Below are positions 35,578 through 45,119 of a stretch of 56,309 nucleotides of DNA, piece by piece (positions within the stretch are counted from its first letter, which is position 1; each line of letters starts with the position of its first letter). Both the position numbers and the translations under genes were made by a program. The stretch covers positions 1 through 56,309 of the forward strand of contig JAQGHD010000013.1 of NCBI GenBank assembly GCA_028288965.1, in the 5' to 3' direction. The notes under the pieces are model-generated. The model did not search any database and was not told where the DNA came from. It saw nothing but the letters and a program-made list of their open reading frames with translations. Origin of the DNA: Candidatus Saccharimonadota bacterium. GTDB taxonomy: Bacteria; Patescibacteriota; Saccharimonadia; Saccharimonadales; JAQGHD01.

Positions 35578-36171
35578 TTAGTCGGCCGTAAACAATCCAG
35601 TTAAGCGGGTGTGAGCGATTTGGTGATTACGCATGGCCGCACGCAATTGCGCTACTGACGCACCGGTCGGTAGGTTGAGGTTGGTGTCGAGGGCATAAAG
35701 ATCAAAAATGTAGTGGTGGGTGCCGGTGCCAGCTGGCGGGCAAGGCCCAATGTAGCCTGAATTGTCGGTACCATTGGCACCTACAGTGGCTTCGGGCGGC
35801 AAGCGGCCTTCATCTATGTTTTGGGTACTGGCGCTGATATTCCAAACCGTCCAATGCGTAAAATCATTACCAACAGCGTCTGGATCATGCAAAATGAGCG
35901 CAAAACTCCTGGTCGCAACTGGTCGGCCAACAATTTGGAGCGGTGGGCTCAGATTCTCGGCTTTGCAGGTGTATTTGACCGGTATGGGTTTTCCATTTAG
36001 AAATGCCGGGCTGGTTAGTGTAAAACCAGCGAAAGTTTGCGGCTTGCTTGCAAGATCATTCACTGAACCTCCTTTGTGCCTAAGCGTCAAGTACGCTATG
36101 GCTCCGCCTATGGCCACTATCAGTAGTATTCCAACAATAAGTAACACCCGTTTTACTCGTGGCATAAGCAA
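35578..36171 (-). CDS. YbhB/YbcL family Raf-kinase-inhibitor-like (PEBP) protein, membrane-anchored
   Basis: LILHDPDA, FTHWTVWNI and GPCPPAGTGTHHYIFDLYALD. Confidence 0.85.
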   Translation of the reverse strand: MLMPRVKRVLLIVGILLIVAIGGAIAYLTLRHKGGSVNDLASKPQTFAGFTLTSPAFLNGKPIPVKYTCKAENLSPPLQIVGRPVATRSFALILHDPDAVGNDFTHWTVWNISASTQNIDEGRLPPEATVGANGTDNSGYIGPCPPAGTGTHHYIFDLYALDTNLNLPTGASVAQLRAAMRNHQIAHTRLTGLFTAD

Positions 36172-36223
36172 ATATTATAGCGCGTTTTAGCTGTAAAACT
36201 GTGAACTAACTCTCAAATAATAT

Positions 36224-37411
36224 TTAGCTTAGGACGTCAAAATCTTTAAGCTCATCTGGCAAGAAACCTTGATCTGGTTTAAAATTGGCTCGCCACTTAT
36301 AGCCTTGGTTATAACCGAGGTTCTTCATAAGTTTAGTTGGTGCGTTTCGCAAGTGCAGGGGTACTGGCAGATCTGGGTGTTCACGAGCGGCGCTCAGCGC
36401 TTTGTTCATGGCATTGGCCACCGTGCGTGATTTTTGGCACTTGGCTAGCACTAGAGCGCAGTGAAACAAATTGTACTGGCACTCCGGCATGCCTATGCGT
36501 TCCACGGCTTGAAACGTAGCCACTGCTAGATTCAAAGCCGCCGAAGCAGCAATCCCCACGTCTTCACTGGCAAAAATCACCATACGCCTAGCAATAAACT
36601 TGGGATCTTCGCCGGCTTGCAGCATCCGCGCCATATAATACAGTGCAGCACTGGGGTCACTGCCGCGCAGGCTTTTAATAAAGGCGCTGACGATGTTGTA
36701 GTGATTCTCGCCATTTTTATCATACCCAGGCACCCGTTTTTGGGCAGCCGTCTTAATAACGTCTGGCGTGATAGCATCTTTGGTAAGTTGTAGGGCGAGT
36801 TCAAGATTACTGAGTGCCACTCGGGCATCACCGCCAGCCAGCTCCGCCAGTAGATCAATGCTTTTGGCCGACAGGCGTGCGGCACTTAATTTTTCTTGTT
36901 TAGCGGCCCGTTTAATAATAGCTACAATTTCCTCTTTGGTCAGCGGTTCCAGCACCAGGACTCGGCTGCGGCTCAGCAGCGGATTAATCACTTCAAAGCT
37001 GGGGTTTTCAGTGGTGGCGCCAATGAGGGTAATGGTACCGTTTTCTAGATGTGGCAAAAAGGCGTCTTGCTGGGCTTTGTTAAAACGGTGAATTTCGTCT
37101 ACAAACAACACTGTACGCTGACCTAAGCGCTGGTTGGCTTCGGCTCGCTCGACCACCTTGGTGACATCGGCTTTACCAGCGGTCACAGCGCTGAGTTCCA
37201 CAAAATCGGCGCCGACTTCACGGGCAATAATCCGGGCCAGCGTAGTTTTACCGCTGCCGGGTGGCCCCCAAAAGATCAAACTGGTCGGCTGCTTTTTGCT
37301 GACAATTTCATGCACAATAGCGCCCTTAGCCAACAGATGTTCTTGCCCGATAACCTCACTCAAACTTTGCGGCCGTAATCGCTCAGCCAGCGGTCTGCTC
37401 TCCATACTCAT
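36224..37411 (-). CDS. rarA: replication-associated recombination protein A (AAA+ ATPase)
   Basis: GPPGSGKTTLARIIA, VLFVDEIHRFNKAQQDAFLPHLENGTITLIGATTENPSFEV. Confidence 0.9.
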   Translation of the reverse strand: MSMESRPLAERLRPQSLSEVIGQEHLLAKGAIVHEIVSKKQPTSLIFWGPPGSGKTTLARIIAREVGADFVELSAVTAGKADVTKVVERAEANQRLGQRTVLFVDEIHRFNKAQQDAFLPHLENGTITLIGATTENPSFEVINPLLSRSRVLVLEPLTKEEIVAIIKRAAKQEKLSAARLSAKSIDLLAELAGGDARVALSNLELALQLTKDAITPDVIKTAAQKRVPGYDKNGENHYNIVSAFIKSLRGSDPSAALYYMARMLQAGEDPKFIARRMVIFASEDVGIAASAALNLAVATFQAVERIGMPECQYNLFHCALVLAKCQKSRTVANAMNKALSAAREHPDLPVPLHLRNAPTKLMKNLGYNQGYKWRANFKPDQGFLPDELKDFDVLS

Positions 37412-37450
37412 AAGTATAGAGGTTTCAGGACGATCTTAACAGGTAGTGGA

Positions 37451-38236
37451 CTACTGGGCGCTGCGGTCTTTGTAAGGGGAGGGTGCTTTAATGGAAACAC
37501 TTGTGAAGCTAAAGCTGGTGTCGCTGTTGCCGTCGGTATTTTTCATGGAAAATCGGTGGAGCTGGTAGTCTTTATCACCAAACCATATGTATGATGTCGT
37601 GTCGGTTTGAGCGGGGTCAACAATTTGATACTTAAAGCAGGTGACGCTATCACAAGCTTCTTTGCCGATCTTTTTGTATTGCGTCCGTTTGTCGGCGGCT
37701 TTGGCAGCCTCGGATTTAAGGTCAACCTTAAGATCATCAGCGGGATTGGATTGTGCTCCTGAGTCACTGTTTTTTGGATCGCGTATCCAAGTTCCCGTAG
37801 CAGAGTCACGGCTATAAATGTAGTTGTCTAGAGTAATTGCCTCTAAGACAACTTGGCCGTTTACTTTTGAGACGGTATGGTCATTGCTTTTGGCATCAAC
37901 CTCTATAGATAGCTCCGAGGCGCCACTTTGCGCACTAGTGCCTTTACTCGTCAGCTTGTAAGAGCGATTTGCATAGCTAAAAGCACTGGCAAATTTACAA
38001 AAGTCCTTATCGTTGTATAGCTTGGTACAATCTGTTTCAATTTCTTTATTGGCGCTCGCAACCGGTGTTGCGGTGCTAGCTGTCGTCAAAGCGGCACTCT
38101 TTGGAGTGCTTGTTTTCTTATTGCCTTTCATGACGTAGTACCCAATGCCGGCTATAGCGGCAATGACGATTACAGCAAGTAAGACCAAAGCAACATGAGC
38201 CATGCCCCGATCATCTCTGCGAAGTGAAGTCTTCAT
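37451..38236 (-). CDS. membrane-anchored secreted hypothetical protein
   Basis: The ATG at 38236 (MKTSLRRDD...) is preceded by AGGA, then a TM anchor. The ORF track extends to 38296. Confidence 0.55.
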   Translation of the reverse strand: MKTSLRRDDRGMAHVALVLLAVIVIAAIAGIGYYVMKGNKKTSTPKSAALTTASTATPVASANKEIETDCTKLYNDKDFCKFASAFSYANRSYKLTSKGTSAQSGASELSIEVDAKSNDHTVSKVNGQVVLEAITLDNYIYSRDSATGTWIRDPKNSDSGAQSNPADDLKVDLKSEAAKAADKRTQYKKIGKEACDSVTCFKYQIVDPAQTDTTSYIWFGDKDYQLHRFSMKNTDGNSDTSFSFTSVSIKAPSPYKDRSAQ

Positions 38237-38332
38237 TATTTTTATCCTGCTTATGTTTAATCTATGCAGCAATAGTATGTGCTTTGACGGCCACAAGCAA
38301 GCTATTTCACAGTTAAAAGTAAGTTTATAATA

Positions 38333-38920
38333 GTGATGATGGATAAAAATTCTTGGAACAAGCTGCTGGAGCCGGACTCTGTAACTGTGGCACCAACCTT
38401 ACTGGGTTGTTATTTAGTGCGACAGCTCAATGGCCAGCGTGTGGTTGGCAAAATAGTCGAGACCGAGGCTTACCACCAGCGTGACGCGGCCAGCCATAGT
38501 TATCGCGGCCAAACACCGCGCAACAGCGTAATGTTTGGGCCGCCTGGCTTTGCTTATGTCTATTTCACCTATGGCATGCACTACTGCATGAATGTGGTCA
38601 CTGGCCAGCCGGGCGAAGGCTCGGCGGTGCTGATTCGGGCCTTGGAACCGTTGGAAGGGCTGGAGCTGATGCAAGAAAATCGAGGCGGCAAGTCCGAGTC
38701 CGAGCTTACCAACGGTCCGGCCAAACTGTGCCAGGCGCTGGGCGTAGACAAACGATTGAATGGCCATGATCTGAGCGCGCCGTCCCTGCAACTGGTGCTG
38801 GGCTCGCCACTACCAACGAGCCGCATTGTCCAGACCACTCGCATTGGCATTCGTCACGACACCGACAAGCCCTGGCGCTTTTATATCAAAGACAATCCAT
38901 TTGTTTCCAAGCTCTCGTAA
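38333..38920 (+). CDS. mpg: DNA-3-methyladenine glycosylase (Mpg/AAG family)
   Basis: IVETEAYHQRDAASHSYRGQTPRNSVMFGPPGFAYVYFTYGMHYCMNVV. Confidence 0.9.
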   Translation: MMMDKNSWNKLLEPDSVTVAPTLLGCYLVRQLNGQRVVGKIVETEAYHQRDAASHSYRGQTPRNSVMFGPPGFAYVYFTYGMHYCMNVVTGQPGEGSAVLIRALEPLEGLELMQENRGGKSESELTNGPAKLCQALGVDKRLNGHDLSAPSLQLVLGSPLPTSRIVQTTRIGIRHDTDKPWRFYIKDNPFVSKLS

Positions 38921-38944
38921 GCCGCTTACGCTATACTATCTGCT

Positions 38945-39568
38945 ATGGCCCATACTCGTTCTGTCTCTGACAAGCCGACCAACCTGACGGTCGTTGGCTG
39001 GGTGAGTGCTCTGGTAATTTTTATCTGGGCGGCGGCACTAAAAGCCAAATACGGCATACTCAGCGGCGAAGTTGGTTTGTTTCGGACCGTTAATAATTGG
39101 TCCGATGACTGGCGTTGGCTAATTTTGCTGATCACGCAGTTTGGCAGTGTCTTTGGGGTAGCCGTAGCGCTCATTGTGGCTTGGTGGCGCCATAGCCGGC
39201 GGTTGAGCATTCGCATTATGATTTACACCTTGGCAACTTACCTGGTTACATCGTGGCTGAAATTACTAGTCAACCAACCCCGACCGGCTGGGCTTATTAG
39301 CGGTGTGCATGAACGCGAAGTCGTGGTTATGAACAGTCTAGGCTTTCCGTCTGGCCACACGGCGACCGCTACGGTTATGGGCCTATTGATCTGGCCGGTT
39401 TTGCCCAAGCGCTGGCGCTGGACAGTGCCGGTAGCAATTCTAGCTGTCGCTATTTCGCGCGTGTACCTGGGTGTGCATACGCCGCTCGATGTGCTGGGCG
39501 GCTTTTGCATTGGCGTCGTAATTGTGGCCTGTGGATATATTATTGAAAAACTCGGCAGAAAAGCTTAA
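38945..39568 (+). CDS. PAP2 family phosphatase (undecaprenyl-diphosphatase-like)
   Basis: FPSGHTATA and SRVYLGVHTPLDVLGG motifs. Confidence 0.8.
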   Translation: MAHTRSVSDKPTNLTVVGWVSALVIFIWAAALKAKYGILSGEVGLFRTVNNWSDDWRWLILLITQFGSVFGVAVALIVAWWRHSRRLSIRIMIYTLATYLVTSWLKLLVNQPRPAGLISGVHEREVVVMNSLGFPSGHTATATVMGLLIWPVLPKRWRWTVPVAILAVAISRVYLGVHTPLDVLGGFCIGVVIVACGYIIEKLGRKA

Positions 39569-39597
39569 GCTAAAGTTGGAAGTGTGAGGCTTCCGCT

Positions 39598-39621
39598 GAG
39601 TCCCGATATTTCTCGGGACTC
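39598..39621. terminator. hairpin terminator between convergent genes
   Basis: GAGTCCCGA-tatttc-TCGGGACTC (9-bp stem) followed by AATTTATT. Confidence 0.6.
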
Positions 39622-39624
39622 AAT

Positions 39625-40056
39625 TTATTCATGAGAGACATCTGCGGTACAAGTTGCGCAGAGGCCCTGAATTTCTAGTTGATGCTCGAGCGGTGTAACA
39701 CCACTCTGTCCGGCGAGGTTACTAATGTATGCTTCCAGTTCGGGACTCTCAGGTAGATTAATAAGCGCACCGCATTTCTGACAATTAAAGTGGTGATGAT
39801 GATGGCTGAAGTTGTCGCTCAGTTCCAGTTTGTACTTCCAGCCAATTTGCAGGCGAGTAATAACGCCTAAATCACTAAATAGCTTGACGGTGCGATAGAC
39901 GCTAGCTCGGTCTACTTTAGTTTGCAGCTGCTGGCAGAGTTCACGCATGGTGCGCGGCTGGCCACTATCGAGCGCTTCAAACACCAAACGCCGCGGCCTG
40001 GTGAGGCTATAGCTACGTTTGGCCAAAGTTTGTTGCAGGGCACTAACAGATGACAT
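39625..40056 (-). CDS. zur: Fur family metalloregulator, probably Zur
   Basis: Fur fold with an HHHHFNCQKCG...CATC metal site. Divergent from a ZnuA-like operon. Confidence 0.7.
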   Translation of the reverse strand: MSSVSALQQTLAKRSYSLTRPRRLVFEALDSGQPRTMRELCQQLQTKVDRASVYRTVKLFSDLGVITRLQIGWKYKLELSDNFSHHHHHFNCQKCGALINLPESPELEAYISNLAGQSGVTPLEHQLEIQGLCATCTADVSHE

Positions 40057-40119
40057 AGTTGCAACTTTAACACATATTGCGACAAATTTGCAATAAAAAG
40101 CAGTTACGGCTAGTCTTAA

Positions 40120-40131
40120 GAGTAATTACTC
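40120..40131. promoter_or_regulatory. candidate Zur/Fur operator (GAGTAATTACTC palindrome followed by GTAATCA)
   Basis: 12-bp perfect palindrome 20 nt upstream of the znuA-like ATG. Resembles GTAAT-N-ATTAC Zur box cores. Confidence 0.4.
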
Positions 40132-40150
40132 GTAATCATGGAGCATTGGT

Positions 40151-41065
40151 ATGCATCGCAACTTGAGACGCCTGGTATTGCTAGTGGTCGTAAGCCTACT
40201 CGTTATTGCCGGAGCCTACACCCTGTGGCCCAAAGACTCAAAAACCGCAGCCACTAATCAGAGCTTTCAAGTGGTAGCCGGTGAAAATTTTTGGGGCAAT
40301 ATTACCGCTCAAATCGGCGGCACGCACGTCCAGGTGATATCTATTATTAGTGACCCAAGTACCGACCCACATCTGTATGAATCGGATGCCCGTGATGCGG
40401 CGGCACTCGCCAAAGCCAAGTTAGTCATTAAAAATGGGATCGGTTATGACGACTTTATGGATAAGCTTATGGCTGCTTCTCCCAACAAACAGCGCCAGGT
40501 TCTGACCGTAGGTGAGGTACTGCAGGTAGGTGGAGATAATCCAAACCCGCATGTGTGGTACGACACGCCGCGGATTCCGTCGGTGGCTGCCGCCATCGAA
40601 AAAGCTTTGGCGGCTCAAGACCCAGCTCATGCCCAGGCGTATGCAACCAATCTGGCTAGTTTTAATAATTCCTTGCAGCCCATTTTGGACACCATTAACC
40701 AAATAAAAACCAAATATCCTGGAGCGCCGGTGGCCTACACCGAGCGCGTGCCTGGTTACTTGCTACAGAACGCCCAGCTGAGCGTCAAAACGCCAAGTAG
40801 CTTTGCCGCGGCGATAGAAGAAGGCAATGATCCGAGTCCCATCGACACTGCTACAATGGAATCACTCATGACAACTCATACTGTTCGCGTTTTGCTTTAC
40901 AATTCCCAAGCTACCAGCGCCGTAACCCAGCATATTCGTGATCTGGCACAGCAAAACCACATACCAATTGTTGGCGTGACAGAAACCATGCCTCCGGGCG
41001 AGCCTAATTATCAAACGTGGCAACTGCATCAGGCCCAAGCCTTGCTGAAGGCTTTGGGAGGTTAA
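40151..41065 (+). CDS. znuA: metal (Zn/Mn) ABC transporter substrate-binding protein
   Basis: ZnuA/TroA-like layout with signal/anchor. Operon with an ATPase and a permease. Confidence 0.75.
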   Translation: MHRNLRRLVLLVVVSLLVIAGAYTLWPKDSKTAATNQSFQVVAGENFWGNITAQIGGTHVQVISIISDPSTDPHLYESDARDAAALAKAKLVIKNGIGYDDFMDKLMAASPNKQRQVLTVGEVLQVGGDNPNPHVWYDTPRIPSVAAAIEKALAAQDPAHAQAYATNLASFNNSLQPILDTINQIKTKYPGAPVAYTERVPGYLLQNAQLSVKTPSSFAAAIEEGNDPSPIDTATMESLMTTHTVRVLLYNSQATSAVTQHIRDLAQQNHIPIVGVTETMPPGEPNYQTWQLHQAQALLKALGG

Positions 41066-41914
41066 ATGGCACTCGCCGCCCCAAAATCTAAATCAAACGT
41101 TGCCAGCCAGCCGCTGTTGAGCCTGCATAATGCCAGCCTACGTTTGGGCAACCGCACCCTATGGAAAGACTTGAGCCTGGATCTTAAACCCGGTGAATTC
41201 CTGGCGGTACTTGGTCCCAACGGTGCGGGCAAGACAAGTCTACTCAAGGTGCTACTGGGCCTGAATAGCCTAAAGCAGGGTAGTATCGAGCTGCTGGGCC
41301 AGCCGCCGCACAAAGGCAACAGTCAGATTGGCTACATCCCGCAGCAAAAGGCTTTTGACAGAGACTTGCCGGTGCGCGGCCGCGATCTGGTTCATTTTGG
41401 ACTTGATGGCCACCGCTTTGGCTTTGTGCGCCACGACCAAGCGGCTTGGCAACGGGTGGATGAAGTTATAAAAGAAGTCGGCGCCTCGGCCTACGCCAAT
41501 AATCCGATTGGTCGGCTTTCGGGCGGCGAACAGCAACGTCTGCGCATTGCCCAAGCACTGCTGGCCAAGCCCGAACTGTTGCTCTGCGATGAGCCGCTGC
41601 TGTCACTAGATCTTAAGAGTCAGCAAGCCATTAGTGAGTTAATCGATTCGTACCGAAAGCGCTACAACACCAGCGTTATATTTGTGACACATGATATCAA
41701 CCCCATCTTGTCCATGGTCGACCGAGTACTGTACTTGGTTGGCGGCAAGTGGGCAGTGGGTAAACCAGATGAAATTCTGACCACTAAGTGCCTGAGCCAA
41801 CTGTATGGCACGCCGGTTGATGTACTGCGCGTGCGCGATCGCATTATTGTGGTCAATACCGTAGACCAACACGGCTCCAGTGGTCAACATCATGTTGGCG
41901 GGGGCGAGCATTAA
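41066..41914 (+). CDS. znuC: metal ABC transporter ATP-binding protein
   Basis: GPNGAGKTSL, LSGGEQQRLRIA, LLCDEPLLSLD. Confidence 0.85.
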   Translation: MALAAPKSKSNVASQPLLSLHNASLRLGNRTLWKDLSLDLKPGEFLAVLGPNGAGKTSLLKVLLGLNSLKQGSIELLGQPPHKGNSQIGYIPQQKAFDRDLPVRGRDLVHFGLDGHRFGFVRHDQAAWQRVDEVIKEVGASAYANNPIGRLSGGEQQRLRIAQALLAKPELLLCDEPLLSLDLKSQQAISELIDSYRKRYNTSVIFVTHDINPILSMVDRVLYLVGGKWAVGKPDEILTTKCLSQLYGTPVDVLRVRDRIIVVNTVDQHGSSGQHHVGGGEH

Positions 41915-41917
41915 GCC

Positions 41918-42751
41918 ATGAACAATCTGCCTTTTTATCTGTCACAACCCTTCGCTCAACACGCTTTGTTGGCGGCTGCCATTGTGGCCATAATCTGCGG
42001 CTTCATTGGCCCCTTTGTGATTATGCGGGGCATGGCTTTTGCAGTGCACGGTACATCTGAGCTGGCTTTTCCGGGAGCTGCTGCCGGGTTACTGATAGCT
42101 AATAATCCTTTAGCTGGTGCCTTAGTTGGTACGCTGGTTTTTGCCACCATCATTGGTTTGCTGGGAGTTAGAGAGCGCGAGCGAGATTCGGTTATTGGCG
42201 TTATTTTGGCCTTTGGTTTAGGCATGGGCGTTTTGCTGCTCAGTTTTTATCATGGTTTTGCCGCGGAAGCCACTAGTATTTTATTTGGCAATATCTTTGG
42301 GGCTGGCAATGGCCAGCTATTGGCGCTGGTACTCATCGGCGCGGGCGCTACCTTAGCCATGCTCATTTTGTACCGGCCCTTGCTGTTTGCCTCGGTTGAT
42401 CCGGACGTGGCCGAAGCTCGTGGCGTACCATTGCGACTGGTTGGATTGCTTTTTCTGCTGATCCTAGCGTTTGCCGTTACAGAAGCGGCCCAAATTGTCG
42501 GCACCCTGCTGGTTTTGAGCTTGGCTATCACGCCGGCCGCTGCGGCCCAAAGATTATCAGCCAGACCCATTATGGTCACCACCTTATCCATATTATTTGC
42601 TTTGATTGCCAGCGTGGGCGGCTTGCTGGTGAGCTTGGCCAATGGGCGGCTGAAAGCCAGCGTCTGTATTACCTTTGTCAGTTTTGGTATCTATTTGGCA
42701 GCCCGGGTGTTTAGTTACCGGTCCAGTCAAGCCGGACCAAGTCGTGCCTAG
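41918..42751 (+). CDS. znuB: metal ABC transporter permease
   Basis: ABC-3 family polytopic protein. Confidence 0.8.
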   Translation: MNNLPFYLSQPFAQHALLAAAIVAIICGFIGPFVIMRGMAFAVHGTSELAFPGAAAGLLIANNPLAGALVGTLVFATIIGLLGVRERERDSVIGVILAFGLGMGVLLLSFYHGFAAEATSILFGNIFGAGNGQLLALVLIGAGATLAMLILYRPLLFASVDPDVAEARGVPLRLVGLLFLLILAFAVTEAAQIVGTLLVLSLAITPAAAAQRLSARPIMVTTLSILFALIASVGGLLVSLANGRLKASVCITFVSFGIYLAARVFSYRSSQAGPSRA

Positions 42752-42804
42752 AAACAGCTCTTAAAACAGTGGTAGTTTTGTCAAATTGAGGTTACAATAA
42801 GGCT

Positions 42805-43893
42805 ATGCTTATTGGGGTAATTATTTTGGGAGTGGTTATTGCCTTGTTGCTCGCAGGCATCATAGCAATGCTACTACTGCAGCGGCGCGGGCCAGGTGGT
42901 GCGGACGTTAGCGCCGCTTTGCTCAAACAAGACGTAGCCCAGGTGCATGATAGCGTCACTAAGCTCAAAGACGCCCTGCAGCTGCAGATAACTGACCGCA
43001 TGGACAAAAACCAAGAGCTGATGCGAGAGAGCATCGTCAAGCAGTTTGCAGCCAGTGCCAAACTGATTACCGACGTCACCGAGCGCCTAACCAAACTGGA
43101 CGAGACTAATAAGCGCGTGGTCAATGTAGCCGACGAGCTAAAGACGCTGCAAAACGTCCTGCAAAACCCAAAACAGCGCGGCGTGATTGGCGAATATTAC
43201 CTGCAATCTGTGCTAGAAAACGTCATGCCGCCGGACCGCTTTCAGATGCAGTATAAGTTCAAGGATGGTCAGATTGTGGACGCCGTCATATTTCTGGACA
43301 AAAACCGCGTACTGCCGATAGATTCCAAATTCAGCCTCGAAAACTACAACCGCCTCGTGAACGAAAAAGACCCCTTGCGCCGCGACATCATCGTCAAACA
43401 GTTCAAAGCCGACCTAAAAAACCGGATAGACGAAACCGCCAAATACATCCGGCCCAGTGAGGACACCATGGAATTTGCCTTTATGTTTATTCCGTCGGAG
43501 GCTATTTATTACGATCTGTTGGTCAGTAAGGTGGGCAACACCGGCACCAGTGCCCGTGATCTGATCGAATACGCCTACCGCGACAAAAACGTCATTATCG
43601 TCTCGCCAACCTCTTTCATGGCCTACCTGCAAACGGTCATGCAGGGTTTGCGCGGCATGCAGATTGAAGAACAAGCCAAAGAAATCCGGGTACGGGTGGG
43701 CGAACTGGGCCGCCACATTGGCAGCTACGAACAACTCATGCAAAAGCTGGGCAGCAGCCTGGGCACTACCGTCAACCACTTTAATAGCGCCCACAAAGAG
43801 CTAAAGAAGATCGACAAAGACGTAGTAAAAATTGCCGACACCACCGCCAAGGTGGAGCCGCTACTGCTTGATAAGCCCAGCGAAGAACTCTAG
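42805..43893 (+). CDS. rmuC: DNA recombination protein RmuC
   Basis: N-terminal TM and coiled coil, then the RmuC core (QRGVIGEYYL..., FMFIPSEAIYYDL, VIIVSPTSFMAYL). Confidence 0.9.
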   Translation: MLIGVIILGVVIALLLAGIIAMLLLQRRGPGGADVSAALLKQDVAQVHDSVTKLKDALQLQITDRMDKNQELMRESIVKQFAASAKLITDVTERLTKLDETNKRVVNVADELKTLQNVLQNPKQRGVIGEYYLQSVLENVMPPDRFQMQYKFKDGQIVDAVIFLDKNRVLPIDSKFSLENYNRLVNEKDPLRRDIIVKQFKADLKNRIDETAKYIRPSEDTMEFAFMFIPSEAIYYDLLVSKVGNTGTSARDLIEYAYRDKNVIIVSPTSFMAYLQTVMQGLRGMQIEEQAKEIRVRVGELGRHIGSYEQLMQKLGSSLGTTVNHFNSAHKELKKIDKDVVKIADTTAKVEPLLLDKPSEEL

Positions 43894-45089
43894 ATTGGTT
43901 CAATCAGGAATTTAAATACATTTGGATCAAGGTGATGAAGTCGCGCTGCCCACAAGACTGTCTTTTTGTCCAAGGGGCTAGTAATTTTGTTGTTATTAAA
44001 AACGTATCGCCCACTCAGCAGATAACTTGCTCCAAGCTCTGCTTTGTCTTCTAATTCATTAGTAAAACTATAGCTGGTACGGGTAACTGCCCTTGAGTAG
44101 AGGGCATCTATGCGCTCGCGATTACGGCGGCTGTGCCTAACCGAGCGAGGAATTTTATGCGCCATTGTCTCGATAGCATCGGTACTCATATATTTACTAG
44201 AGTGCTTATAAATATTGCCAGGATTGAGGCTAGCCAATTGGTTATCTCTTGAGGCACCCCAATAGCTACATTCTTTGAAATCGATGAGATGTGATAACTC
44301 GTGCTCGATATCAATTCCCCAAATCCGGTTAAGATCGACGAAAATAGATTGAGGATTTTGACTGCCTTTTACGTAAGCAGCAGTGTTTTTATCTTTCCCA
44401 ATGGTGACTAGCTCCAAGCGAGCTAAGTTAATCTTTTTTATAAGCTCAGCTGGTAACAGGCTAAACGATTCAGCAATGTTATATAAATTTGCCTTTGCAG
44501 TTGGGTTGTCTGCTTCGTTTACTGTCGATCCATGAGCATAATCATAATGAGAGCCTGTATCTAGGCGTAAATCAACTCCATACTGTGTTAAAAAGCTGTG
44601 AATATGATTGAAGTAATCTTTGAACGGACGTTTGTAGTCAGGATCGTTTATAAATTCAGCAACTATTGGTGTGAAATCATATACTGTCAGACCATATTTT
44701 TCTGCTAATTTGGCTCTTGCCTCATCACTCAGAGTAGACTCAAAAATCCGTTGCCGTTTCCAAGCATTGGGATTTTTTTCTTAATCAACATTACCTGTAT
44801 CAATAATTGTCGCCGTAGGATACGGTGCATTCACTGCTTCCGTTACCGCGCTATAGTCATTTGTATTTGGTGAAATACAGTATTGTCGCCCTGGTAGTTC
44901 CGAAATTAGTGTTCGTTCAATATGATCAAGTGGCTCAGCATGAACAACAGTTGGCAAATAAGAAGAGCCCAGCATGAGTAAACCAAGCCCAACGCGCCAC
45001 ATTCTATCAGCATGAGCAGTTGATTCGTCTACAAGGTGATTCTGTAGAGCATATTGCGCCTCCGGTGATTGCATAGTAGTACAATACAA
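43890..45089 (-). pseudogene. secreted HExxH (zincin-like) protein gene interrupted by one in-frame TAA
   Basis: ORFs 44781-45089 and 43890-44417 are in the same frame. The 121 codons between them (44418-44780) contain no stop and no ATG/GTG/TTG. TAA is at 44781-44783 and HELSH at 44289-44303. Confidence 0.7.
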
Positions 45090-45119
45090 TAAAATTACTA
45101 AATAGTCAACTCTACAGGC

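Noticed and set aside
44781-44783. In-frame TAA as evidence for an alternative genetic code
   Set aside because: It is a single occurrence. All other genes in the window terminate and read normally under code 11, many with TAA stops at expected positions.
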